DNA of 64,000 nucleotides from NCBI GenBank assembly GCA_965213685.1, contig CBDBZY010000041.1, positions 160,001 through 224,000 of the forward strand. Direction: 5' to 3'. Positions 1-12,693 of the stretch are shown here, piece by piece. Made by a program: the position numbers and the translations under genes. The stretch comes from a bacterium. GTDB taxonomy: Bacteria > UBA8248. Numbering within the stretch: the first letter of the stretch is position 1; every line of letters starts with the position of its first letter. The notes under the pieces are model-generated. The model was not told the DNA's origin, ran no database searches, and worked only from the letters and a program-made list of their open reading frames with translations.

Positions 1-10
1 GATTCTTCTA

Positions 11-364
11 ATGGCAGCACTCATTCCAACTAATCATGCTAGTATAATCGTCTTCTGTAGTTTTATCTTTGCAATGGTGTTAAACTATTTTGGACTCATA
101 ACCTATCGAAACATAACTGTAGCCATGTTTGATGTGTCTTTCTTCATAAACCTTGCACTTTTGTGCGTGACCCACTTTTACAACAAACTTGCTAAAGGAA
201 ATCAAGCAGTGGCTGCCTACACACTAATTGGAACAGCGTTTGTTCAGTTTCTTGGACTGCTCACTTTTAAAGTGTTTGCCATTCTCAAGAGGAGTAGAAA
301 AATAAGAGCATGTCTTCAGAGGAGACATCCTGCTGAAGGTCAAGTAAGGGAGAGAATCATATAA
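11..364 (+). CDS. 3' end of a multi-pass membrane protein (7TM-like C-terminus); 5' part lies outside the window
   Basis: ORF with three hydrophobic helices (e.g. FDVSFFINLALLCVTHFY, AVAAYTLIGTAFVQFLGLLTF) followed by a basic cytoplasmic tail. Confidence 0.5.
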   Translation: MAALIPTNHASIIVFCSFIFAMVLNYFGLITYRNITVAMFDVSFFINLALLCVTHFYNKLAKGNQAVAAYTLIGTAFVQFLGLLTFKVFAILKRSRKIRACLQRRHPAEGQVRERII

Positions 365-1824
365 GATAAAATGACTGGATCCTTTGTATGTAATATTTTC
401 AGTATTAATATGTGTTTAGCATTAGCAATGCTTGCAACAAAACAGTTAACCTATTACAATCCTCTAACCCTCTCCTCTTGTTTTGTTTTGTTTTGTTTTG
501 ATTTTTCAATTATGACTATCACAGTGTGTGTTTAGCTTGTTAGTTAATCTGTATACTTGCTGTATAAATCCCTGTAGCTATAGACTCTACATGACATTGT
601 ATGAGTTGAGTTGGTGTAGCATCAGTGTCAGAGTTGGTGACAAAGATTTTGGCTGTCAGTGCCTGTACTACATCTATGCTCTATATGTATAAACATGTGT
701 TTTAGCATACATACTGATTATAGTATAATTAATGTACATGTATCCCTAACATCACTTAATTAAATGTGATTTGTATTAATTCACTCTGGCTACATGCGCC
801 AACACTGGAATATTCAGCTGTGAATGCTCCGTGTGAGATTCACTGTCGGTATTCTTCTGGGAGTCAGTAGACTCTCGATGTAGGGATTGTGCCGACATAC
901 CCATAGTGCATGTACACACAAAAGTCTTCTACAATCCCCAGTGCTATCATTCTCAAACACTTAACTTTCCTATTTAGCATTTCTTTATCCAGCAATATCC
1001 CCCAATAAGCTATGGTCTCTCTCTAAACTTAGACTCACACTGCCAGAAAATGGCTCAACTGTCAATTAATCTTTCTTCTTCATTCCAAGGGTATCTGCTG
1101 ATCTGGTCACTGGTAACGATGACCCACTTGCACAAATTGTAAGATTTATAATTATTATTATGATTGTAGTAATTGTATTAGATCTAAAATAAGTCTAAAA
1201 TTGAGGTAGTTACATAACCTCGGGAATGCACATTCCAGGCAGAGTACTACCATCACCATCACACTGGCAGTATATAACAGTCACCCTTCCTACAGGACCT
1301 TATCACCTCCTGAAGAATGATCACCATCATTCAAAGCTTGAGGAGATAGGATTTTATTATAATAATACCAACCTCTTTTTCTCTACAATACATGTATGCG
1401 AGCATGGCAATGCAGGCATCGAGGAGGTTGAGAGTGCAACCTCCAGAAGGACAGGCGAGGAAAGAGGTTGGGAGCACTGACTTCCAGGAGGCTTTGCCTT
1501 CTCAGGGAAAGCTTATAATTGTAAAGTTAATGTTTCATTCATTGCACTTCAAAGAACAAACCAAGTATATGATTGTGGATGCTATAGAAACCACCTCTTG
1601 TGATACTAACTCTCTAAAAAAGAAACTAACCATTACTGAACTAAGATATCATAGAGTCTTGAAAAAACACATTTTGATAACTATTTCTGAACTACAATGG
1701 CTAAAAATCTTATTGCACAACCAAAAAAAACAGTGCTAAGATGTGTGAAGTGCACACAGTAAGACATTGGCCTGATGTTACACAGTTAAGTATTGCACAT
1801 ATGAGTTGTGCACTCTCACGCAAG

Positions 1825-4800
1825 TCAGCCTCCCCTCATGGCCACCAATATCACTGCAATCTCACGCAAGTCATATTTGAGGGCAAACTTCTTGCGAAAC
1901 TCGTCAACCTTCTTCAGGTAAGTAGGTGGCCTCCATTCATGCCGGCTGACTAGCTTCACAAACACTTTTGGAGGGTCAATATGCTGCCCGTCACCCTCAA
2001 CCTCACAGAACTCCTCCACAGTCGTCTGCTCCATGAACTGCTGCTGTTGTCTCTTGTAGTTCTCGAGCTGTGTCTGGCTTGGGAGGGAGAACTGAGTGAT
2101 GATGTGCTCCAAGATATCGATATTCAAATAGTCCCAGTACTTGTGTATGTGAAGTATGCGGAAGACCTCACTTACTGTTCTAGACTCCTCCAAAAACTTA
2201 GAATATTTGATGAGGAAGTCTAGATGTAGTTCTTTGCTTTTTGTTGGAAGGGAATACATTTCTCTCACAAGATCAATAATTTGAATGTTTGCTCTCTCAA
2301 GCTGCACTTGTGTTACATGTATCAGTGCCTTGAACTGATCCCTCAGTTGCTTGATTTTGTTTTTAACACCTGTTAGAAATCAAAATCAAGAAAGTACAGG
2401 TATGTCCAAGTATGTGCATTTGACATACATACAAAATCATGAGTGACATACAATAGTATACCACTTCATATCTATGTTCATGAGGGTGAGATCCAGCCAC
2501 TGTTTTCTCTTAGCAGAGTATATAGGTGAATGTAAGTATCAGAGAGTCGGTAGACTCTCTATGTAGGGATGGCACCGACACGCCCATAGTGTGCGTACAT
2601 TAGAAAGCCTTCTAAACTCTTTAGAGCTCGCGTTCTAAGCCTTTCTAGGTACATAGCTATCATATTCCAACCTTTCTCTATCCAACCATACCCCCCACGT
2701 AGCTAAAATGCATCGCCACACTTGCCGACAGAAAACCGCCGAAAGGTCAAATTATTCATCTTCATCTTCTTAAGAGATTTTGTCAAACGGCCTACGTCAG
2801 AAGTGGCTGAAGTTTTAGCCGTGGTTTTCGCACCAATCACCTTTATTCGTGTGTGCGCAGTGCCTTTTACTAACAAATCGATGGTATCTTGGCAAACCTT
2901 GGTGAACAAACCCCAGTCGCTTTCCCCATACTTGGTCTATAGAAGACATTTGTCTAATAATGTCACGTGGCATAACTTCGAGCACGTGAGAGATAACGTG
3001 GAGACCACGCCTAGCGCCGCGCTAGCTGAGCGACTCTCTTGTGGGAATAGCGCAGACACTTCCTATTCGAAGGAGCTCTACGTAAAGGCTAGACGCTGTG
3101 CATAACGACGTCTCTGAGAGAGTCGGTACACTCCCTATGAAGCAATCGCACCGACCCGCCCATAGTACGTATACACTCGCCCCGGCAGTGTCCTATCATA
3201 GCTATTATCTATGGTTCTATATACACAGCCGTTGCTTGACCTACGTACGCGCATGCGTGGTCGCTCACGCATGCGCTTACGTTGAAGTACTATTACCAGA
3301 CTTGAAAGATTTCAGAACGAGATTGGCCGAAGAATTCTCCAGCTGCCAAAACATTTCTCTGGTACAGCCGTCAGATTGGCTCTTCAAGTAGCATCTTACT
3401 TCAATGTACTATTAAAGCTACACCTATTATCGCTAGAACACCTACAATATAGCTACTGTAGCAGCTGATTTCATTTTCCTTATGTTTGCATGCAACAAAT
3501 GTTGATGATGCTTGGCAGTCACATACATACAATGAGTAGCTAAGAACTTTTTAAAGGGGCTCAGCCCCTTCCCCAAGTGGTGGTCCTCAACTTTATATAC
3601 TCCCAGCCCATGACACATAGCATAAGTTGTCTGTGGTCACGAGTTTGTTTTTTAGTGCCTGAAGGAAGTGCACTAGAATAGCACCCTCCTATATGGTGTA
3701 CTATTGTACAGCAAAAAATGACACAAACAAGTAAATAAAACATTTTCCAAAAATGTACAGGGATGTAGGGATGGCAGTGCCAAAAACCACAGCAACTAGG
3801 TGTAGAGACAGGGCATACAAACACTGCACAAATAACCCCATCCCTACATCTTTTTTTCATGCACAATATTGTGTCCCAGTAATCTTACAGCATAAAGAAA
3901 TATGTCACGTGCAAAAAAAGAGATGTAGGGATGGGGTTATTTGTGCAGTGTTTGTATGCCCTGTCTCTACACCTAGTTGCTGTGGTTTTTGGCACTGCCA
4001 TCCCTACATCCCTGTACATTTTTGGAAAATGTTTTATTTACTTGTACCTGTTAGATCAACAACACTAGCAGTCAGTATTTTTTGAAAGGCATTGCAGTGT
4101 GTTGTTGTGATAGTTGATTAAGAACTGCTCAAGATGGCATGCTCAAAATCTGTGGTAGTAATGGAGTCAACCAGTGTTTCTTATCTTTTTGTGGTTAATT
4201 TGTACCTAATTCTCAGACTCTCCTCCTTCTTCGTGTGCTGTATTCACATTGCACTTTCCAAATTCACTTAGAAAGGTGTGACAGTGTATGATGTTCATGG
4301 GACTAAGAAGGTTTGGGAATGAGACCTGTGAGTTTGAACCACCTTAATAACTCTTATGTCTAACAGCCATTCATGGCCTAGGAAATAGAGTTATCATTTA
4401 TTGAGAATGCTACTATGACAACTGATTTAGGGTGACTATATAAAGGCCTGTGTGACTAGGTAAATTCATAATACACGGTCCTACAACTGTAGCACTAGCC
4501 AAAATTAGTATTGAGCCGACTGCCCTCCAGCAGTCTTCTTCAGTGGCTAATAACACACACACAAAGTACAGCACACAAGAATATAGTAACAAGCCATACA
4601 AAGATTCCTGGACAAAAATGCAATTATCATTGCCCTCTCCCAGTCAGCTGGTGGTGTACTGATGGCAACTGTCCCTGCTCCCTGTTGATGGTATTCGGTT
4701 GACAGTGGATAAGCAAGACTCCAGGATGCATCGTTGATAAAACATCAGATCTACATCGATGATCTGAGCCTCCTCCCACTTGATGGTGTGGCCAGTCATC

Positions 4801-6727
4801 GCCAGATGCTCTGCCACTGCCAACTTGTCGACATCCCCACTAGTAAGAGCATACTTGTGCTCCTTGATCCGGTGTCCCAGGGTACGTCCAGTTTGTCCCA
4901 CATAGGCAGCGGGACAGTCTGAGCATGAGATCTGATACACTACCCCCTTCCTCAGCTCCGGTGGTATAGGGTCTTTCACATGAACCAGTAGCGTCTGGTG
5001 GGGTTTAAAACACATTTGAATGTTTAAAGGGGCTAGGACTCTCCATATTGCCTCAGAGATGTTCTGGACATAAGGTATGACAGCATAAGAGTCAGGCGAA
5101 GGTGAAGGCATTTTCTGCCCGGTAAGGGGACCAACGCAAGTCTTATGCCTGGAGATATCTCGTTTTGGGTATCCATTCTGCACTAAGGACTGCGACATAC
5201 AATACTCTTCATCTGTGCATATGTGCAGCAGTGTGTGCTGGCTCTGGAGAAGAGAGTTTTTACCACTGCCAGTTTGTGGGCTATAGTGTGGTGGGACTGA
5301 AAATGCAGGTAACTGTCAGTGTGAGTCCTCTCTGTTGTAGACAAGGTACCATCTGGATGGTGAGTTATGTCCGTGTCTAAGAATGCCAGCTTACCTCCTG
5401 TCTCCACTTCTGTCATACCTTATGTCCGGAGCGTCTCTGAGGCAATAAGGAGAGTCCTAGCCCCTCTAAACATTCAAACGTGTTTTAAGCCCTGGGCCAC
5501 CAGACTCTGCATAATCTACTGGTCCATGTGAAAGACCCTATACCACCAGAGCTGAGGAAGGCGGTAGTGTATCAGACCTCATGCTCAGACTGTCCTGCTG
5601 CCTATGTGGGACAAACTGGACGTACCCTGGGACACCGGATCAAGGAGCACAAGTATGCTCTTACTAGTGGGGATGTCGACAAGTCGGCAGTGGCAGAGCA
5701 TCTGGTGATGACTGGCCACACCATCAAGTGGGAGGAGGCTCAGATCATTGATGTAGATCTGGAGCTTTATCAACGATCATCCTGGAGGAACAGTTGCCAT
5801 CAGTACACCACCAGCTGACTGGGAGAGGACAATGATAATTTCATTTTTGTCCAGGAATCTTTGTATGGCTTGTTACTATATACTTGTGTGCTGTACTTTG
5901 TGTGTGGTAGTTGCCACTGAAGAAAACTGCTGGAGGGCAGTTGAAACATTTGGCTCAATATTAATTTTGTACAGTTGTTGTAGGACCGTGTATTATGACT
6001 TAGGGTGAGATGATAAGGGGCTAGCCACATGACTGCAGCATGAGAACATTACCTTGTACTGTAGTGTCTGTTCCACTGGCCTGTTTGTCCTGCTCCACAC
6101 AGTCCACAGTACAATACCCTCTATCTGCAAAAAAGTCACACGCAATGTGTTTGTGTCACCCTATAGTACTACTCTACAATGCAAATATGCTGCTCCCCAT
6201 GCCCTTGTCTTCCTTCACTTTCACATGTACAGCCATTGCTCTGATAATGAAAGTACTATCATAGATATTTACCTTACGGTACTGTAAGGTAAATATCTAT
6301 GGTACTATGATATCGGAGGCATGCCTTCTCCAACTGGTGGACTGCTGCATTTTACAGACACCGACTTACCGAACTCTAACTCTCTCAGCTGTTGTGCCTG
6401 ACGTTTGTGATCCATTTGCTCAAGCGCCTCTGCTATGTCCTCTGCAACCTTGTATGGATTCTCAGATAGTTGTCTGTCACAATATCGGCCAATCAGCTCC
6501 CGTCTGTAGCATGCTGCCTGAGCAACGCCATGTGCACAGTTGGTCTCGATATCGTTGCTCCTGATATTCAGCCAGTTCGCTAGTCCCTTCCAATTCGGCA
6601 CGTCTGCCAACACTCGAGAGATATCCTGCACATCTCGTCCTGTTAGGAAGCACACAACACCGTTACTACACTTTAGTGCACACTTACCGCGACTGTCACG
6701 ACGCCGCTGCGATATGCGCAGACTCAT
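1825..6727 (-). CDS. Multi-exon death-fold domain protein; exons ~6727-6688, 6639-6370, ~6100-6053, 2369-1825; 3' end uncertain
   Basis: Exon 6639-6370 encodes a death-domain-like helical pattern (VPNWKGLANWLNIRSNDIE...EALEQMDHKRQAQQLR) between AG and GTAAG splice sites. 2369-1825 encodes a helical domain (YWDYLNIDILEHIITQF...LENYK) of a type often seen beside death domains in sponge proteins. Joining these exons into one gene is inferred. Confidence 0.5.
2540..2990 (+). repeat. Dispersed ~450-bp repeat family (probable non-autonomous DNA transposon part); related copies at ~860-1060 (+), ~3114-3220 (+), ~8940-9326 (-)
   Basis: Shared start GAGAGTCGGTAGACTCTCTATGTAGGGATGGCACCGACACGCCCATAGT, also found reverse-complemented ending at ~9324. 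Confidence 0.6.
3727..4045. mobile_element. Foldback/MITE with ~125-bp inverted arms
   Basis: 3727-3851 is the reverse complement of 3921-4045 around a ~70-bp spacer; the same peptide appears in ORFs on both strands. Confidence 0.8.
4420..6010. mobile_element. Penelope-like retroelement relic: minus-strand RT C-terminus/GIY-YIG fragment (~4420-5416) abutting an inverted partial copy (~5410-6010)
   Basis: FLDTDITH...TDSYLHFQSHH (Penelope RT thumb) and GVVYQISCSDCPAAYVGQTGRTLGHRIKEH...SAVAEH (GIY-YIG); frameshifts present; an inverted pseudo-LTR arrangement is typical of Penelope elements. Confidence 0.9.
5913..5955 (+). ncRNA. Minimal hammerhead ribozyme motif (degenerate) in the Penelope pseudo-LTR
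   Basis: gcca-CTGAAGA-a-aactgc-tggagg-gcagtt-GAAAC-ATT-tggc: core boxes, stem II and stem I all present; the mirror copy at ~4513-4548 (-) has lost the GAAA box. Confidence 0.65.
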
Positions 6728-6929
6728 ATCCTACCCATTGTTTAACAAGTGTCCTGGCTCACGTACCTTGGCAGGCGAGAGCTGTTCTGAAGATAGAGCA
6801 GACAACAAGAGCACAGAAAAATGTGTAAGTCTCCATTTTGAGTCAACAAACGTAGACAACCCCCACCCTTCGCAATGAATATACAGTTAGCCCCACCCAC
6901 TTTTGAAGGCAGGATTGCAATATGGGTAC

Positions 6930-7125
6930 TGAGCTAGAGCATGCACGGGAACACAGCCATCCCATCAAATGGGAGGAGGCTTCTATACTAGACTGTGCTA
7001 GACGGCATCAAGAACCCCTTGTTAAAGAAGCATTACGCATACGGACCACAAAGGCCAACTTCAACCGTGATGCTGGCATTGGAGTACATGACTGCTGGGT
7101 ATCAACCATCATTAATTCAGCCTGA
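6930..7125 (+). mobile_element. Penelope GIY-YIG C-terminal fragment (second family)
   Basis: EHAREHSHPIKWEEASILD...LVKEALRIRTTKANFNRDAG. Confidence 0.7.
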
Positions 7126-8110
7126 AGGATGCGGCAAGGCTCACTGAGCTCACCTCCCAGCACCTCCCAACAGTGAACAGTGGAGAGGAGTGTTTCCCAT
7201 TATGGGCTCATTCTATCACACATGCTGTGACAGCAATTATTGTATGATGTCATATCCAGCCTATGTATTGGACACGTGCCTCAGGCAAAAGATGGGTGGG
7301 TGGGTAAGGGGTGGGGGGGGGGGGGGGGGGGGGGGAGGAAATAATGGCACGTGAACAAGTGCAGCTGGTAGTGAAGTGTTTGTTTGGCCTGGCAGACTTT
7401 GGGCTGGACTTGCCCTAGTCAGATTTGGCAAGGCCGTGGCCTGCAGGAATGAGTGCAGCCGGTCGGTGAGTGTGTTTTCTGCCTCTGGTTGAGGATTTTG
7501 GCCTGAATTCAAGTTGCCCTAGCCAGATTAGCAAAGTGTTGACCCGGCAGGTGAATGAGTGCTGCAAGCCCAAGGAATACAATTGTATTCCATTCTCAAC
7601 ATCAAAAAGTGCAAGAACATTTCTTTGTTCAAAATTCATGCATCCAAGGTGCAAGGGTGTACGTTCACTCACAAATATATGTACACACTCATATACATTT
7701 TCACTCATGAAGTGTGCACAAACAATCAAATTATGCACAAAGAGTAACAAGTCCTAAACAGTTCTAATAATTATTAACCACTCAGTACAAATGTAGAAGT
7801 TTCCTTTGTGTCAAATATCTCTCAGCCCTTAACTGATGTCCTTCCTATTCACAAATTTGTATGTTTGTACATTTCACTGCTGATAGCTAGCATGTGTGTA
7901 TGTATCCTGTTCAAGCACAAGAGGTGGTGCTTTTATAACTCTACTAATCCCCAACAATGAATTATCAATAAAGCAAGCAGCCATATCCCCTTGAGATATT
8001 ATAACTGTACTACAAGTTTAAGACAACATGCAACACATTTGTCCTTGTCTCTTCCCTTCTTGTAGTGCTATATGCACAAGATCATTTGCGTGCATACATA
8101 CACACATATA

Positions 8111-8580
8111 CAGTGGAGCCTCCGAAAAACGGACACATTGGGAGCAGGCCTTTTGTCCGTTGTAGAGAGGTGTCCCTATCTGGGAGATCGACTCATAACT
8201 TGGTTCTCCCCCTAAGTACAATCTACTGACTGTTGCTTAAGCATTTTTGTGACCATAACAACTTGGTCTGAGTTGTTTGAGTTAGATATAACATAGACAC
8301 TACGCCGTAGTTACCTCGGTACACACGTGGAGCCACGCCTTCTCTTGTACGAGGGGGCATGGCTTTCAGTCTGTCCGCTCTTAGAGGCTTTTTTGTACAG
8401 CCACGATCATTCTGGGCCTAGCTGAATGTCCGTTGTCCGGAACAGAGAGGTTACAATTGTCCGTTTCTCGGAGGTTAAAAATGTACTAAACGCATGCTAA
8501 AATCAAACGGTGCCTTTCGTGCTGTCCGTTGTACGGAGGTTGTCCGCATCTTGGAGGGTCCGTTAAGGGAGGTTCCACTG
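8111..8580. mobile_element. Non-autonomous Tc1/mariner-pogo-type MITE
   Basis: TIRs CAGTGGAGCCTCC...GGAGGTTCCACTG flanked by TA; internal TGTCCG subterminal repeats; related ends at ~28886 and ~29701. Confidence 0.75.
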
Positions 8581-10677
8581 TATGCACAATATGCACGAGC
8601 ACATATGTGTATGTGTATCTGAGAGGGCCAACCTTTGTTCAACTTGGTATCCTCCCTCTCTAAGTCTGACTGTCTGATAGCAGCTGTCGTAGTGGTGTTT
8701 GACCCCATCATTTGTTAGGTGTTGTCTTTTTGAGTACTTTCCACTAACACACACAGAGACGCAATGTATTAATGTAAATGTATCCCCAACGTGATCTAAC
8801 AAGCCTTAATTAAATGTGATTTGTATTAATTCACTCCGGCTACATGCATGTACACTGGAATATTCAATAGCCCTTGCAGTTAGTAAACGAGAAACGCGGA
8901 TTTTAAGACCACCCTCGGCCGTCACGCGCCGCGCCTGCTATTTGTGTCACGTGGCAATTATTATTAGAAAGTAGTTTCCAAATATGGACACGTTTCTGGG
9001 GGATCCTAGTTTTCGTTCACTAAGGAAGGCACACAGATTCTGCTTGTCTAGGTAATACTAGGTAACGATTCGTGCAATCTCGTAGAAGACGAACAAATCG
9101 ACGGTTCAAAAGTTTCGGTCGGTAAATCCAAAGATGAATCTATACAATATTATAAGCTACTTAGGAGGTACCGATAGACAGAGAGAGGCTAGAATAGGCC
9201 TCTAAATTTAGCTTAGAACGCGGCCGGGTGATCACGACTGAGTTTAGAACCGGGTATTCCTTATACACACACTAAGGGCGTGTCTGCGCCATCCCTATAC
9301 ATAGAGAATCTACCGACTCTCTGATATGGTAAAGGGTCCGTTTCCAACACGTTAAGTCGAGGCAACAAAATCGTGGTTACGAGGAGTAAAGGTAACAGGC
9401 ATATGTCGTTCAACTCTTGACTGATCTTCTTGGTAGTATAGTAATGGCAAGCATGACGTATCTGCCAGACTCTGAGGCAGACGCAGGCTTATATGGGAAG
9501 AAGTAGCACGCACCGTTTGTGCATACTATCGTACAGGTGCATAGTGTGCACAGGATGGGAACGTGGATAGCACGCATGCATGGCCTTAAAAGGGTATTGT
9601 GAGTTTAGGGTCATATGCTCCTCTTCACGTGAACCTGCATGCATGCAGCTATCATGTGGTAGGCCAGCACAGTTCATTGTGTAGCCTGCCACGTTATTGC
9701 TGACTACATGAAATCACATGTGTATAGCACACCAGCTAAATAGAGGTAGAAGAAAGGTGAAGCCCATAAACCCATATACATGACATACATGTAAACAAAC
9801 CCAAACCATACCTACAAACACACAGAGCACAAGACACTTGGATGCCCAGCCTTGAGAACTGGGGCGGTGGGTTGAAGATCTTTTATGGCGCCAACTCTCC
9901 CCACACACTCAAGTGCTGTATTGAACTCACATATACAGACACAGACTATGATAGTTATATAACCAAGTGTATTATTTCAAGTACGGAGGCAGAGAGAATT
10001 GAAGTAAATGTGTAGTAGGCACAAGTGTAAGTATTATTGTGGATTGAGAGATGAGGAGATTTTGCAATGAACACTTTACAGCTAACTAGTGACAAAGATA
10101 TGCAATATAAGATTCATTTCATCTCCAAGCCCCTGCACACCACACCATCAATTGAAACTGATTGTGTCTTCATCACAGTGATTCATAGTCATCTGATTGC
10201 ACAGCAACGTATAAGACTGTATGTGTAGCTTCCTGTTTTTCACATTCCATTGACAGAGATCAATCATACATGTAGATTGATTAGACAACATCAAGTGCTT
10301 GCATGGCAATGCTCAGATTTGGCCAATTGATGGACTATATATAATGCAAGGTCAGCTATAAACTGTGCGGCCTTGTTCATAGGTTACAATCCTCGCCCAC
10401 CTCCACACTACAGTCCAGCACATGACAGCTTACATACATTGAGTCATCTGTTCCATGCAGTTACACAGATGTAGTACAAAGGTACTGTAAACTGTCAGCT
10501 AATAAGGCATTAGAATTGTCTTCACTCATTCAAAAGGTATACCACATGACTGGTGAGAGAGCTGATGAGTATACAACAATGGTATTATCACGTGTACTTG
10601 TTCACGTTCCAGTCCTGTGCACAGTATGCACCAGAAAGGCAGTGCATGTGCAGTGAGTAGAGCAGCCACAAGCCGGC

Positions 10678-10684
10678 TATAAAA
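10678..10684 (+). promoter_or_regulatory. TATA box of the first GH7-like gene
   Basis: TATAAAA ~90 bp upstream of ATG 10768; TATAA also occurs upstream of the paralogues (~12600, ~14830). Confidence 0.5.
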
Positions 10685-10767
10685 ATAAGGGATTTCTTAC
10701 AGCCTAAAGTTACACCACTGTGGATCAGAAGCACCCCCTCAGAAGTCAGAAGAAGCAACTAAAGGAT

Positions 10768-11661
10768 ATGCAGCCGTTGGCTCTACTCCTCGTAGCCTCA
10801 ATTGCTGTGGCTTCAACTTGGGCAGCAAACAATGGCCCTATTACCATCACTGTCAATGGACAGAAAGTGACAAAGTATGTGCTCTCTGCTGAAGGGGATA
10901 GAGGTTTCGTCCACCTGAATGGCACTGCCATTATGCTCAAGGGAGGGGGACGTGTCTATCTCGGTGACTCTGACTCGGATACTTTCAGTCCAAATTCATT
11001 TTATGAGATGCCCCTCCTTGGAAAAAGGCTCACGTATGATGCTGACTACAGTGATGTTGGGTGCAACTGCAATGGAGCTCTTTACTTAGTTAGCATGCCA
11101 GCATACAACTCTGCTCAGCAGCCCAACCCAGGTAGTGATGGTGCATACTATTGTGATGCCAATGAAGTTGGTGGTACCTACTGCCCTGAAATGGACGTTG
11201 CAGAAGCCAACAAGTATGCAATGGCATCAACTGCTCACACTTGTAACTACATACCCCCACATTACTACTCTTCCTGTGACCGAGGTGGATGTGGGACAAA
11301 TGTTCTGGATCAGTATCTGAATGAATTTGGTCCGGGAAAGGAACTTGACACTAACCATCCGTATACACTCTCAGTCGCATTCAACACTGAGCCACAAAAG
11401 GAGTGTGGTAGTAGTGTCACACTTTCATCAGTCACCAACACATTCACCCAATTTGGCAAAACTCTGCAATTCAACTCATGCAATGCAGACTACCTGCAGT
11501 GGATGGGGTGTTCACTCCCAGGCATCGTTATGACTATGAGTCTTTGGGGGACCGGTGATGGAGGAATGTCATGGCTGGATGGAAAGTCTGGCTGCCATGG
11601 AGCGTGTGACCTTGGTGCTTCACAAGTGATTTTCTCAAACATCCGACTGGATGACCTGTAA
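10768..11661 (+). CDS. Secreted glycoside hydrolase family 7-like protein (compact endoglucanase-like), intronless, 297 aa
   Basis: Signal peptide MQPLALLLVASIAVASTWA; GH7 motifs GCNCNGALYLVSM, YCDA, CPEMDVAEAN (catalytic ExDxxE), CDRGGC, MSLW...MSWLD, VIFSNIR. Confidence 0.88.
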   Translation: MQPLALLLVASIAVASTWAANNGPITITVNGQKVTKYVLSAEGDRGFVHLNGTAIMLKGGGRVYLGDSDSDTFSPNSFYEMPLLGKRLTYDADYSDVGCNCNGALYLVSMPAYNSAQQPNPGSDGAYYCDANEVGGTYCPEMDVAEANKYAMASTAHTCNYIPPHYYSSCDRGGCGTNVLDQYLNEFGPGKELDTNHPYTLSVAFNTEPQKECGSSVTLSSVTNTFTQFGKTLQFNSCNADYLQWMGCSLPGIVMTMSLWGTGDGGMSWLDGKSGCHGACDLGASQVIFSNIRLDDL

Positions 11662-12693
11662 TGTGTTAAGCAAGTGACAGTGTGATTCTTTGTTGTCTAA
11701 CTGCACGTACACTGTTGCTTTTTTTTGTGAAATGGATCTAAATGTTACTGAACATTTTTTTGAGCTGTGGATGTAAATTTTAGACATTGATAATGCATGA
11801 CTTGTTATTTTTTTGTGCATTAATTTTGCATGGTCCTTTGCTTGCAAGAGTACATTTCTGTGAATGTTGTTCAGAGGAAATGTTACAGTAGTATGCTTAT
11901 TATATATGCTGTTGACATACATGTGTGTAGTATGCACCACAGTAGAGTCTCCAAAAGAGTATATGCCATTGGTGGCAGGGACAATATCATCCAGAGTGCT
12001 GCTAGGAGTAGGAGAGATAAACTTGCTTCACGGTGAAACTCTGTATTGATGAACGTCAACGGGTGCCAAAATGTAGACGAAGTCATATCATTCACGTACG
12101 GTATGACGCCGAGTTTTACCCTATTTACACACTTCAGGTTGCTTCAGATTCCGTATATAGGATGTGTCGAGGAGCGAGGAGACACACTTGGTTGAACCTG
12201 ACTCTCCGATGGGTAACGCGGGCTCTGGAACCTGAGGTTCAATACGTAGATAGTCCAATAATCTACAAGTTTTAAATCAATGCACCAAGAATTAGACTCT
12301 GTAATATACGGAGCCTGTCACGAATTACGATCGTAAAGCCAGACGCGGGTTAAACGCACAAGCGTATTACTTCCGGGCACGAGACATGTAGACGTTGCCA
12401 ATCACATGTACAGGTTGCACATGCAAATTGCGTGTACGTCGGTGGTTAGCGTACGCGATCAGCTCTAGCCTTGCTCTTGAGGGCTGCCCCATCCACCACA
12501 TGACAACTTATACACATTTAAGTTAGGACGTCGATCTGTTCACGTTCTTATCCTGTGCACGCAACATTGTTCAGTGAGTAACGTGTGCTGCTAGCTGACT
12601 ATAATTATAATCAAGGGATTTCTTACAGCCTGAAGTTGCGGCACTGTGGATCACAAGCATCCACTCAGTAGTCAGAAGAAACAACTAGAGGGT

